Shown piece after piece: positions 49,081 through 58,862 of a stretch of 64,000 nt of DNA. The notes beneath the pieces are model-generated. The model was not told the origin of the DNA and did no database searches. It saw nothing but the letters and a program-made list of their open reading frames with translations. Each line of letters starts with the position of its first letter. The first letter of the stretch is position 1. Position numbers and translations under genes: made by a program. Source of the DNA: an uncultured bacterium (GTDB taxonomy: Bacteria > Patescibacteriota > Minisyncoccia > UBA6257 > 2-01-FULL-56-20); the NCBI GenBank assembly GCA_963718575.1, contig OY970358.1, forward strand, positions 450,172 to 514,171, given 5' to 3'.

Positions 49081-50220
49081 CTAGAAGATCGGCGTCGCCA
49101 CGTAAATCTGGTTGTTCACGTAGTCGTTCGCGGCTGCCTGCAGAGGACCGATCTCGATGCGCGTCGTTACCTTCGCGGCGCCAACGTTCTGCGTTGTTCC
49201 ATCCGCAGGGCCAGTCCATCCGAAGACGATGAGCGTGGAGGTCGGATTGAAGCTTCCCGCATAGAGCGGAGTGCTGCTTCCAAAGAACGGACCTCCCACT
49301 GCCGTACTGCTCGTATCGTCGCTCGTGATGCCGACATGTCCGTAGGTATTCGGATTGTTGATGACATTCGTAGGCGATGTCCACGGGGAAGGCGTTGATG
49401 TCGCGTTGGCATTGGAAAACAAGTGGATGATATTGCCTTTGTTGCTCGTAAGATCCTGATCCTCATGCACGGTGACGGCAAATCCGTTCGACGCATTCGT
49501 CGTCACGTTGAGCTGAAGGCCCAATTCGTTATGGGTGGCCGGGGCGATCGTGCCGAACGGAAGGCTTGAGGAGGTATCCGTGCCGGTCGTCGTTGCATTA
49601 TTCCCAAGCGTGGTAGAGGTCGAGAGCGGAGAGATCGTAAAGGTGAAGGTGGTCGCAATGGCGGCGGTGACGTTGACGCCGTTTATGATAGCAATTCTCG
49701 TATCCGCCGAGCTCGGCTGTGTGCCTCCGATGCGGATGATGTATGAACCGGTGCTCGTCGGGTTCGTGATCGTATTGCCCAGGATCTTGAGGGATATCGT
49801 CCCCGAAGCGATCGTGTTGCTCGGGCAAACGGTAAAGGTGAGCACATTATATGAGGTCGTCGCCATCTGAACATTGTTTCCGCTGCCGGGGCAGGTCGAT
49901 GTGGCGATCGTCATCCCCGTCGAGGTCACGTTGGCGATCGAGGTTGAAGTGACACTGCCGAATGCGCTCGTATTGGGATCGAACGTGTACGTGATGCTCT
50001 GACCGGCGGTCGTCGATGAAGGGTTAGTGAACACGATCGTGTGGTTCGCGGGATATCCCGGACGGGCATCGCTCAGCGTATCGCTTACATTCGTCAAACT
50101 TGCCGCGTGAGCAAGCTGAAGGATGCGGAATCCGACCGTCCATGCGAGGAGGCTTATGACCAACCCGATGGTGATTGCGACTATAATATCTTTTTTTACT
50201 ATCTGATGTTCGGTAAACAT
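49081..50220 (-). CDS. Surface protein family B, member 1 (N-terminal signal anchor, Thr/Ser/Asn-rich beta-rich ectodomain, conserved C-terminal ...NDYVNNQIYVATPIF)
   Basis: 379 aa. Tandem paralog of 50406..51536 (~90% nucleotide identity with identical blocks). The C-terminal tail motif is shared with 53670..55022. Confidence 0.5.
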   Translation of the reverse strand: MFTEHQIVKKDIIVAITIGLVISLLAWTVGFRILQLAHAASLTNVSDTLSDARPGYPANHTIVFTNPSSTTAGQSITYTFDPNTSAFGSVTSTSIANVTSTGMTIATSTCPGSGNNVQMATTSYNVLTFTVCPSNTIASGTISLKILGNTITNPTSTGSYIIRIGGTQPSSADTRIAIINGVNVTAAIATTFTFTISPLSTSTTLGNNATTTGTDTSSSLPFGTIAPATHNELGLQLNVTTNASNGFAVTVHEDQDLTSNKGNIIHLFSNANATSTPSPWTSPTNVINNPNTYGHVGITSDDTSSTAVGGPFFGSSTPLYAGSFNPTSTLIVFGWTGPADGTTQNVGAAKVTTRIEIGPLQAAANDYVNNQIYVATPIF

Positions 50221-50405
50221 TTATCTAATCTGAGTTATTTATTTGTAGGCAACTAAAAGTATGGCGACCTTTTTAATTAATTTTTATTATTTGGAAATCA
50301 TTATGATTTCTCGTTGAAATAATTGTACCATAACAAGTTGTAAACATTTCAAGGCCACTTATCCACAGGCAGTCAAGAGAACCGTCCACAGGATAGTTCG
50401 GATTA

Positions 50406-51536
50406 CTAGAACACCGGCGTCGCCACGTAAATGAGATTGTTCTGATAGTCGTTCGCGGCTGCCTGCAGAGGACCGATCTCGATGCGCACCGCTACTTTCG
50501 CGGCGCCAACGTTCTGCGTTACGCCATCCGCCGGACCGTTCCATCCAAACACCATCAGTGTCGATGTCGGATTGAAGCTTCCCGCATAGAGCGGAGTGCT
50601 GGTGCCGAAATTCTTTCCTCCGACAAGCGTACTGCTCGTATCGTCGCTCGTGATGCCGACATGTCCGTAGGTATTCGGATTGTTGATGACATTCGTAGGC
50701 GATGTCCACGGGGAAGGCGTTGATGTCGCGTTGGCATTGGAAAACAAGTGGATGATATTGCCTTTGTTGCTCGTAAGATCCTGATCCTCATGCACGGTGA
50801 CGGCAAATCCGTTCGACGCATTCGTCGTCACGTTGAGCTGAAGGCCCAATTCGTTATGGGTGGCCGGGGCGATCGTGCCGAACGGAAGGCTTGAGGAGGT
50901 ATCCGTGCCGGTCGTCGTTGCATTATTCCCAAGCGTGGTAGAGGTCGAGAGCGGAGAGATCGTAAAGGTGAAGGTGGTCGCAATGGCGGCGGTGACGTTG
51001 ACGCCGTTTAATATCACCACGCGGGTGTCAGCGGAATTTGCCTGCGTGCCTCCGATGCGGATGATGTATGAACCGGTGCTCGTCGGGTTCGTGATCGTAT
51101 TGCCCAGGATCTTGAGGGATATCGTCCCCGAAGAGATCGTGTTGCACGCGGTAAAGGTGAGCACATTATATGAGGTCGTCGCCATGGAAGCGGTGTTGAT
51201 CGCTCCTGCACAGGTTGCGACGACGGACATGCCGGTCGATGTGACGTTCGCGAGAACGGTTGAAGTGACACTGCCGAATGCGCTCGTATTGGGATCGAAC
51301 GTGTACGTGATGCTCTGACCGGCGGTCGTCGATGAAGGGTTAGTGAACACGATCGTGTGGTTCGCGGGATATCCCGGACGGGCATCGCTCAGCGTATCGC
51401 TTACATTCGTCAAACTTGCCGCGTGAGCAAGCTGAAGGATGCGGAATCCGACCGTCCATGCGAGGAGGCTTATGACCAACCCGATGGTGAGCGAGGCAGC
51501 GAGATCTTTTCTAAATGTCCTGTACTGAGAAAACAT
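50406..51536 (-). CDS. Surface protein family B, member 2 (tandem paralog)
   Basis: 376 aa, ends ...NDYQNNLIYVATPVF. Confidence 0.5.
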   Translation of the reverse strand: MFSQYRTFRKDLAASLTIGLVISLLAWTVGFRILQLAHAASLTNVSDTLSDARPGYPANHTIVFTNPSSTTAGQSITYTFDPNTSAFGSVTSTVLANVTSTGMSVVATCAGAINTASMATTSYNVLTFTACNTISSGTISLKILGNTITNPTSTGSYIIRIGGTQANSADTRVVILNGVNVTAAIATTFTFTISPLSTSTTLGNNATTTGTDTSSSLPFGTIAPATHNELGLQLNVTTNASNGFAVTVHEDQDLTSNKGNIIHLFSNANATSTPSPWTSPTNVINNPNTYGHVGITSDDTSSTLVGGKNFGTSTPLYAGSFNPTSTLMVFGWNGPADGVTQNVGAAKVAVRIEIGPLQAAANDYQNNLIYVATPVF

Positions 51537-51602
51537 TTTTTTGATTTTTATCGAGAGCCTCCTTGTAAGAGTATTTTAAAACGGACCATCTGGTTTTGTA
51601 AA

Positions 51603-52655
51603 CTATCGGTCGTGTGGATTCCTGAGATCAAGCGTCCCGTCATCATGGCGGGAAAGCGATGCTTTTCTTTTTTCCTTCGGAACATGCCCGTATCTTTGCA
51701 ATTCGTGCGCAAGCATGTTCCTCACGGCACGCCTTAAGAGATACATACAGGCCATGGCGGCGATAAGGATGCCGAATCCCACCTCTAATAACTGATCAAT
51801 GGGCAGAACCCAGAATCCGATCGTCCGGGTGATGCTTTTTGTTCCATTTTCACCATACCCGAGGCTGAGAACCGCAGTATAAGGCCCGATATCCAGCAGA
51901 CTTGGCTGGCCCTGCCACTCGACATCGAATTCCCGGCTGCTTGACGGGAGGACATACCCAAGCGTCCCCGTCCCGTTGATGGGAATCTCCCCGCGTTCCT
52001 TACCGAAGGCATTGTATATCTGGATCATGCCCGACGGACGGATATGTACATTGCCGGTATTCTGCACATTGACCGAAAAATGCACATCGGGCGTCTGATA
52101 GGAGGGATGGTCGGTCGAAAAATCATGTATCTGTGCCGACTCGATGATATTTCCCGAGACCCGGACGAAGATGAGCGCGGAAATAAAACTGCTCACGCCG
52201 ACCTGGGATTGTCCGGATGGTCCGCTTAACCCTCCTGTCCCGATGAGGATCGCGCCGTAGTGTCCGCCGGGAGATGCGTCGGCGGGCACGGAGATCGAAA
52301 AGGGAACGTCCGCCGTGCCGCCCGCCGGCACATTGACCGATGAACCCGAGACGGTGATCCAATTGGCGAGCGCATCGTCATCACCTGCGAGCGCTGAGAG
52401 CGGAATGAAACTTCCGTGTCCCAGATCGTCCGACGCTTCGAATCCCATGGCTATCGCATGGACCTGCAGGTCGGTCGCATTCGTATTCACCACCCTGATC
52501 GAACTCGACCATATATCCCCGGGATCCACATTCAATTCAAAAAACGGGGGGGTGATCGTGAGCGATGTCGAATCCGCCGTTTGCGCGCGGGATGTCATCG
52601 GCAACAATATCGCCATGGCGACGGCAATGATAAAAAGTTTGCTGATCTTATTCAT
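51603..52655 (-). CDS. Membrane-anchored surface protein, CARDB/DUF916-DUF3324-like (family A, member 2)
   Basis: Signal peptide; PPFFELNVDPGDIWSSSIRVVNTNATDLQVHAIAM; GNVHIRPSGMIQIYNAFG...GPYTAVLSLGYG; C-terminal TM helix and tail. Confidence 0.5.
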   Translation of the reverse strand: MNKISKLFIIAVAMAILLPMTSRAQTADSTSLTITPPFFELNVDPGDIWSSSIRVVNTNATDLQVHAIAMGFEASDDLGHGSFIPLSALAGDDDALANWITVSGSSVNVPAGGTADVPFSISVPADASPGGHYGAILIGTGGLSGPSGQSQVGVSSFISALIFVRVSGNIIESAQIHDFSTDHPSYQTPDVHFSVNVQNTGNVHIRPSGMIQIYNAFGKERGEIPINGTGTLGYVLPSSSREFDVEWQGQPSLLDIGPYTAVLSLGYGENGTKSITRTIGFWVLPIDQLLEVGFGILIAAMACMYLLRRAVRNMLAHELQRYGHVPKEKRKASLSRHDDGTLDLRNPHDR

Positions 52656-53670
52656 GGGGATGGCGAAGGTCTATCGTTGTTTCGAAATTTTTCCTCTTGA
52701 GAAGATTTTCGATCGCGCGGCGGCGGCGATGATGGCGCTTCTCATATTCATGATGGAGCCAGATCGCGAACGCTATTGTCAGAATGAACAACGTCGTGAA
52801 TAGCACGAGTATTTTTTTCCACGGGAGCACCCAGACAAGCGCGGTGTCCTGGAGGTCGCTGTTCTCTCCGCCGTAAGAAAGATCAAGCACCGCCCTGTAC
52901 TGGCCGAGACCCTCCTGCCCCTGCCATGGCGCGGTGAACGATTGTTTCGCGCCGGGCGCAAGTGGAATATTTTCCGGGTTCGCGTCGATCGATCCAAGTT
53001 CGTGTCCAGACCGGTCGTAGAACGTCATCTGGCCGGAAGGGGTGGAGGAAACCTGCCCGTTATTCTCTATTATATAGGTGAACACTACCGGAAACCCCGT
53101 ATAAAAGCTCTTTACTGAGGAAAAAGCGTCGATACGCAGGCTCGCGGTAAGGCCGGATGCGACGGACATATCAATGAGCGTCTGCGGAGCTCCGTTCAGA
53201 TGTTGTTCCGCATCGTCGCGCGTGCCGCCCTCGACGAACGCAATCACCGCATGATAATCCCCCGCCGCGGCGTACGGGCTGATCTGTATCTCGACGGGAG
53301 TGGTGGTCGATTGTCCGGGCTGCAGCAATATGGCTCCGCGCGAGACACCGATCCACGCCGCGAGCAATGTGGCGCGGTCGTCCTGTGAGGGATTTGCAAA
53401 CACCTGCGTACCGCTCGCGGTGAGCTCGCACACCGTGGCAAAGATATTCTCCTGGACGTTCGAAGTATTCGTGATGGTGAGCGAGTAATTCAAAATATCG
53501 TTCGGCACACCGCTGCCGTCGATCACTGCGGGGAGCACGGTGACGGTGTCGGTGTCGGCGTGCGCGACGGGGGGCGTATGCAAGCCGAAGAAAAAAAGAA
53601 TCGCCGCGGCGACGACGGCCGCCGCCATCGTTCCTTCTGTTATTTTTTCATAAAAAAAAGTTTTTTTCAT
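52648..53670 (-). CDS. Membrane-anchored surface protein, CARDB/DUF916-DUF3324-like (family A, member 3)
   Basis: Signal anchor; LNYSLTITNTSNVQENIFATV; GQMTFYDRSGHELGSI...GQYRAVLDLSYGG; C-terminal TM helix plus His/Arg-rich tail. Confidence 0.5.
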   Translation of the reverse strand: MKKTFFYEKITEGTMAAAVVAAAILFFFGLHTPPVAHADTDTVTVLPAVIDGSGVPNDILNYSLTITNTSNVQENIFATVCELTASGTQVFANPSQDDRATLLAAWIGVSRGAILLQPGQSTTTPVEIQISPYAAAGDYHAVIAFVEGGTRDDAEQHLNGAPQTLIDMSVASGLTASLRIDAFSSVKSFYTGFPVVFTYIIENNGQVSSTPSGQMTFYDRSGHELGSIDANPENIPLAPGAKQSFTAPWQGQEGLGQYRAVLDLSYGGENSDLQDTALVWVLPWKKILVLFTTLFILTIAFAIWLHHEYEKRHHRRRRAIENLLKRKNFETTIDLRHPHE

Positions 53671-55022
53671 CAGAATGAAGGGGCGACGACGTAAATAATA
53701 TTGTTCTGATATGCACCCGTGCCCTGTGTCGCCCCGATCTGTGCGCGATAGACCATATCCATCGTACTGCTTACCGCAGGAGACCCGCCATATCCGACCT
53801 CCGCGATCGTTGAAGTAAGCGCCGCGTAACTGTCATCGGCCGCGAAACGCACCGACCCTCCGGACAGCACCGGACTGCCGGCGTGATAGCCGTAACATCC
53901 CGCCGACGTGACGGTACATCCGCTCGACCATGCGACCGGACTCGCATTCGTTCCCGCAACGCCGGGCAGCTGATCGCCGCGCGCATCAGTAAGCTGCTGA
54001 TCCTGTTCGGCATATATCTCATACCCTTCCGCTGCATCCGTCGTGATCAAGAGCCGCTGCGCGGCGATCGTGCTCGTCCCGATAATAAGCGACCCGAAGG
54101 GAATGCCGGTAGCCGTCGTCGAAACGTTCGTCATGACGCCGTTCGTGCTCGTGCTCTGCGGAAGCCCGCTCACGGAAAAGGTCAGTGTCGCTCCCTGCAT
54201 GACCAGGCTCGGATAACTCGACGTGGCGCCGAGCGGGATCACCGTGCTATCGGCGGCAAGGATCGGACGGAAGAAGTAAGCGGTCCCGTTCGATGCGCCG
54301 GATGCCATGATGGTAAATTCATATTCCGTCGTCGCGCCGGCATTCTGCGTTGATGTCGACGTGCTTATGCCCGAAGTATTGTGCGTGCCGCATCCGTTGC
54401 CGACCCCTCCGCTGCACGCGTCGCTTGTCGAGAGCACCGCGGTCGAGATGACCTGATTGTCATTCCCGCCGGTGCTCGTTGCATAGCACCACGTCGAACT
54501 CGCGGTGCAAGCGCTCCCCGCTTCCGCCACAAGCCCGGGGGAAACCGTAAAATCTGACGACTGCGCAAATTGTAAACGAAACTTCAGGTTCGCGCTCCCC
54601 GTGATGCCGCTCATCTCTTTTATATTGAGCCGCAGTTTTATCACCTGCGCGTTCGCGATGTTCGAAGGCGCGACATTCTCCGCGGCAAGCGAACTGGTCG
54701 GCGTCTCGTCGTTCGCATCGCCGTACCATCGCCACGTCTGCGATACCGGTGCGAAGTCGCTCTCGTTCACCGGGCCGGTGTCGGCAGCGAAATCCGTACT
54801 TGCCGCGTTGCCGTTCATCATCGGCGCACCGCCCGAGATCACCTGGAAGTCAGTGGATGAGGCGTTCCCGCCGAACATCCCGACGAAACCATCCTGCACG
54901 ATGAAATCCGTGCTTGTCGCGGTGTCCGCAAATGAAAACACGAACGGTCCCGCGAAGAATGCGATGAGCGTTCCCGCGACCGCGGCGATGATCCATTTAT
55001 GGGGTGGTTTGATTTTGGCCAT
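53670..55022 (-). CDS. Surface protein family B, member 3 (ends ...GAYQNNIIYVVAPSF)
   Basis: 450 aa, N-terminal signal anchor, repeated ASSTDF units. The C-terminal tail matches the family-B motif. Confidence 0.5.
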   Translation of the reverse strand: MAKIKPPHKWIIAAVAGTLIAFFAGPFVFSFADTATSTDFIVQDGFVGMFGGNASSTDFQVISGGAPMMNGNAASTDFAADTGPVNESDFAPVSQTWRWYGDANDETPTSSLAAENVAPSNIANAQVIKLRLNIKEMSGITGSANLKFRLQFAQSSDFTVSPGLVAEAGSACTASSTWCYATSTGGNDNQVISTAVLSTSDACSGGVGNGCGTHNTSGISTSTSTQNAGATTEYEFTIMASGASNGTAYFFRPILAADSTVIPLGATSSYPSLVMQGATLTFSVSGLPQSTSTNGVMTNVSTTATGIPFGSLIIGTSTIAAQRLLITTDAAEGYEIYAEQDQQLTDARGDQLPGVAGTNASPVAWSSGCTVTSAGCYGYHAGSPVLSGGSVRFAADDSYAALTSTIAEVGYGGSPAVSSTMDMVYRAQIGATQGTGAYQNNIIYVVAPSF

Positions 55023-55458
55023 TGTTGATCGTCGTTACGATCGCGCTGTCGGAGCGGAGTGTTTCCCAGAAAAGCACCTGCGATATGGGGATCATCATTT
55101 CGTCGGTAGGACCATGGATCTCACTGCCGAGCTTAACCAACTTCAATGGTGACTGGTTCTGCGCGCTCAGATCCTGCCCGGGCTGTGAGAGTTCCAAATA
55201 ATAAACATCCCTCAAGGTGATGACCCCCTCGAACGGGACATCCCAAAAATGGCCGAAGTACACCTGATTGTTGGTGAGAAAGACCGCCTTCCATTGCGTT
55301 GCGCCATTCACCAGCCACCATCCGACAAGGACGATAATAATAGTGACCACCAGCCAGAGAAATATCTTTCCGCGGCGCGGACGGTATCTTTTATGCGATG
55401 CCCCGTCTGCCGATCCCTGATATTGTTCTTCCCCTTTTAAATTTATTGTTTCTCTCAT
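54997..55458 (-). CDS. Hypothetical single-pass membrane protein (153 aa)
   Basis: Basic N-terminus, TM helix IFLWLVVTIIIVLVGWWLV, small extracytoplasmic domain. Confidence 0.4.
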   Translation of the reverse strand: MRETINLKGEEQYQGSADGASHKRYRPRRGKIFLWLVVTIIIVLVGWWLVNGATQWKAVFLTNNQVYFGHFWDVPFEGVITLRDVYYLELSQPGQDLSAQNQSPLKLVKLGSEIHGPTDEMMIPISQVLFWETLRSDSAIVTTINNGQNQTTP

Positions 55459-55486
55459 TTTTTTATAGCATTATTCGCACCATTTC

Positions 55487-58264
55487 TTATTGCGTGGTCC
55501 CGGTCGAATCCGTTCCCGTCGCGTCCGTGATCACGTCTGCGGTTGTGTCCGAAGAAGAACTGTCTGTATCCGGCACGGCAATCGTTGTGTCGGTTGAGGT
55601 CGGAGCCGACACGCTACTATCAATATCGTCGGTCGTTCCGCTTGTTGCATCTGTTGAGCTGCTGTCATCATCAGAAGTCACGACCGTGGTTGTCGCTGCC
55701 CCGGTATCGGTTGTGGTTGCCGCTTGCATGTTGCCGTCAGTAGCATCACCACCTCCTCCACCGCTGGTATCTGCGGGGGGGGTATTTTGGTTCCATGAAA
55801 CATCGGCTCCTCCCACGTGATAACTTTGCACCATGACCCAGTCGAACGGGACGTCGTTCGCCTGCGGCACTGCGACACCCACGGAAAATCCGACGCCGTC
55901 CTGCTCGCTTATCACCACCAATGGTACGGCGGTGAGTGCAGTCGGCGTGATGAAAATTTTCGACGATGATGTCACTTGTGTATTGGATATGAAAACCGCC
56001 GAGGAGAGAGCGCCGAGCGTCGCAATGCCGGAAATCTGATCCGGGCCGGATGGCACTTTGATGTTTCCTCCGGGAAGTATCACCTCCGTCTTCACGAAAA
56101 GATTTTCCACGGCGATCATCGATGCCCGTATGAATGTCTGCACCGCATCGCCGATGTTCGCGAAGATGCCGAAAAAATTACGGAGGTCGTCCCCGATCGA
56201 GAAAGAAGACGAAGCGGTGCTTGTCGTACCAATAAGGTCCCCCGGTTCCCACCCGACATCCACGAATGCCAGAATGGAGCCCGTAGTGGTGCCTTCCGAC
56301 GGATCGGGGGTAAAACTTTGCATTGCGATGGCGACCACCCGGCCCGGTCCCGTCGCGCGCATGGCGATGCCGGGGATGTCCGACGACGTAAGATAGTCGC
56401 CGGCATTGATATCGCCGTTTTCGTTCGTCACATTGATGGGAACGCGGCCGGCGAGAGCAACAAGCTCCTGGACGCCCGATGGCGGATCCGAGTTGCCGAG
56501 CGTGGCACCCGGCTGCGTGGAGATGATGCCCATGAGAGTGTTGTCGTAGGGGCTTTCTGATTGCTTCACGCCGTCGCTGATAGAAGGGTCTAAACTTATC
56601 ACATCCCCCGCCGTGAGCTGCGTACCGGTCGCGGCATAATATACTTCCGCGACATCCGAACCGGCGCGGATTTCCTGCAGGGTGAGCTCCGCATAGCTAA
56701 GGTTCGAAACCGTGCCGGCGTAATCGGCACAGAGCCAGTAATTCTGCTTGGTTGTCGAGGCGGGAGCGTCCACCACGTTCAACGTCATATTGAAAATGCC
56801 CGGGATCGTGGTGCTTGCGCGATCGAACGTGCTTGTCACCACGCTGCCGACAAGGGAGGTGCATGTCGCCGTTTTATACACGCCGATGCCGACCGAACTG
56901 GTGGCCGCGGTCGTACTTGCCATGACGTTCGCCGTGATCCACACCTCCGAATTCAGGCTTGATGGCGTGATGCCTGCGGTAGTATCCGACGCCATGGCAA
57001 CCGTGAGCACTTTGTTCACGGAGGTGCTCGCGATCACGGTGAATCCCGTGCTTCCCCAGGAAAGATTGCCGTTGCCATCGGTAACAAGCGACTGCCCCGC
57101 CGTGCCGGTCGAGTTCGGTAATGTCAGCGTAAAACTTCTCGGCGTGCTCGTGCTCCCCTGAAGGGTCACGGTAGAGCTCGTGAGGGAATTATAGAAGAGG
57201 AGCTGGCCCTCCGTTGATGAGGAAACGCCCAATGCTTCCGGCCCCACCACCTGCAATTGCGTGGACGGGGAGGATGTGCCGATCCCGATATCGCCGTTGC
57301 TCATAACGGTGAAGATATTCGACGAGGTGGCAATATAAAAAAGCGAGTTTGAAATATTCGTCGTCGTGGCGATGGTCAGTTGTCCGGAAGAGGCCACCTC
57401 GAGCACCGTGGATGAATTATTTTCGAACTCCAGATAATCGCCGTTGTATGTTCCCGAGGTATTGATACCGATGAACGTCCCCGAGGCGACACCGTTCTTT
57501 ATCGGCAACTGCCCGAGCGATATGAGCGACGCGTTTGCGGATTGGGTCGGAGCCACCGCCATCTGCAACATGTTCGCCGACACCATGCCGGCGACCCGGA
57601 ACGTGGATGAAGTGATATAGTTGTTCGCCGAAAAGAATTGTATCGCACCGGTGCCGGCACCTCCCTGCAATGTCAGCGTGTTGGTGCCGGTCGCGTTGAT
57701 CTCCGGATTCACGCCCGCGAGCGTGAGCGTGTCGGACGCGATCACGGGGATCATCGTGCCCGATGCATTTGTGGAAGCGCTGTATCCATCCACGGAATAC
57801 GAATTGATCGCATACCCCGACGCGACCACCCTCTCGCGCGGAGAGAGCGTTTCGAATACCTCGCTTCCGCCCGTGCACGTCGGGTCCACGAGCGTGGCGA
57901 CCTGGACATTCAAATAGACCGTGTTGCTATCCTGAAAATCATATGTCAGCGCGTCGCCGCCCGCACTCGTATCGCCCACGCCGATATCAAAGACCCCGTT
58001 TGCCACCGTGGCGCTCATGATCAATGCGGTCGCGGCGGGCCACACCTGCGACCCCCCGGACGACGCATTGAAAAGGGAAAATCGGAAACAATAGGTCGTA
58101 CCCGCGCCGCCCAAGAGATTGCCGCTCGAGCTTAAAAGCCTTCCCTGATAACTAAGGATTCTCGGGACGCCGGCCGTTTGGGCAAAAGCAAGATGTGCCC
58201 ACGCCGCAGAAAGAAGGATGACGGCGAGGGAAAGGATAATTCCGATAGTATGCTTTAGTTTCAT
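55487..58264 (-). CDS. Giant secreted/surface protein (~925 aa) with acidic Ser/Thr/Asp-rich C-terminus
   Basis: Signal peptide MKLKHTIGIILSLAVILLSAAWAHLAFA (start 58264). Long beta-rich body. C-terminal ...TDTGAATTTVVTSDDDSSSTDATSGTTDDIDSS... low-complexity region. Confidence 0.5.
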   Translation of the reverse strand: MKLKHTIGIILSLAVILLSAAWAHLAFAQTAGVPRILSYQGRLLSSSGNLLGGAGTTYCFRFSLFNASSGGSQVWPAATALIMSATVANGVFDIGVGDTSAGGDALTYDFQDSNTVYLNVQVATLVDPTCTGGSEVFETLSPRERVVASGYAINSYSVDGYSASTNASGTMIPVIASDTLTLAGVNPEINATGTNTLTLQGGAGTGAIQFFSANNYITSSTFRVAGMVSANMLQMAVAPTQSANASLISLGQLPIKNGVASGTFIGINTSGTYNGDYLEFENNSSTVLEVASSGQLTIATTTNISNSLFYIATSSNIFTVMSNGDIGIGTSSPSTQLQVVGPEALGVSSSTEGQLLFYNSLTSSTVTLQGSTSTPRSFTLTLPNSTGTAGQSLVTDGNGNLSWGSTGFTVIASTSVNKVLTVAMASDTTAGITPSSLNSEVWITANVMASTTAATSSVGIGVYKTATCTSLVGSVVTSTFDRASTTIPGIFNMTLNVVDAPASTTKQNYWLCADYAGTVSNLSYAELTLQEIRAGSDVAEVYYAATGTQLTAGDVISLDPSISDGVKQSESPYDNTLMGIISTQPGATLGNSDPPSGVQELVALAGRVPINVTNENGDINAGDYLTSSDIPGIAMRATGPGRVVAIAMQSFTPDPSEGTTTGSILAFVDVGWEPGDLIGTTSTASSSFSIGDDLRNFFGIFANIGDAVQTFIRASMIAVENLFVKTEVILPGGNIKVPSGPDQISGIATLGALSSAVFISNTQVTSSSKIFITPTALTAVPLVVISEQDGVGFSVGVAVPQANDVPFDWVMVQSYHVGGADVSWNQNTPPADTSGGGGGDATDGNMQAATTTDTGAATTTVVTSDDDSSSTDATSGTTDDIDSSVSAPTSTDTTIAVPDTDSSSSDTTADVITDATGTDSTGTTQ

Positions 58265-58275
58265 TGCATATTCGC

Positions 58276-58650
58276 TCACTTGAGGATATTTGCGACAATG
58301 GCATATATCAGGAAGATGCACAGCATAAAAAGAAGTGCGATGGTGATATAGATGACCTTCCGCGCGAGGCGCAGGACCTCTTCTCCCGAGCTATGCGCCA
58401 TAAGCCAGCGGCGGACTTTATTCCTCATCCCCGATCCTGCGCCCGGCTTCGCGCCGCCGGATTTATTCTTTTCAAGATACTCTCCCAAAGCCTCTTCGGT
58501 CGTCACCCATGCAATATTCAAATAGATCTGCTTCCCCGAGAGCTTTCCTTTTCTGATAAGTTGCCCTAAATAATCCGGAGTATATCCGGATATTTTGGAA
58601 GCTTCCTTCAGGGTGATGTAACGAGTCCCTCCTTTTTTATTTTCGACCAT
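58276..58650 (-). CDS. Small membrane-tethered helix-turn-helix protein
   Basis: N-terminal YITLKEASKISGYTPDYLGQLIRKGKL resembles a MerR/excisionase-type HTH. C-terminal TM helix VIYITIALLFMLCIFLIYAIVANIL. Confidence 0.4.
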   Translation of the reverse strand: MVENKKGGTRYITLKEASKISGYTPDYLGQLIRKGKLSGKQIYLNIAWVTTEEALGEYLEKNKSGGAKPGAGSGMRNKVRRWLMAHSSGEEVLRLARKVIYITIALLFMLCIFLIYAIVANILK

Positions 58651-58862
58651 AATCCTTTAAAACACTGCATTTCCCGCAATCTCGGGGGGCGATATTTCCC
58701 CAAACTCGACCGCCGAGATATCTGATTTCATTATACACGACTCTGATTTGACTGCTTGTGGATAAATAGTTTTTGTAAAAACCCAAGGGAGCGCATCCGC
58801 TGAAAGTAATGCACACAATTCTTCTTGCGGGAAGAATGCTCGTGTCTTACAATGAATCGTAT

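Larger units (their letters stand above)
49081..51536. repeat. Tandem direct duplication (period ~1325 bp) covering the two family-B genes; identical blocks 49303-49685 = 50629-51010 and 50026-50175 = 51345-51492
   Basis: Direct comparison of the two gene copies. Identical blocks are separated by diverged segments (a mosaic pattern). Confidence 0.85.
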
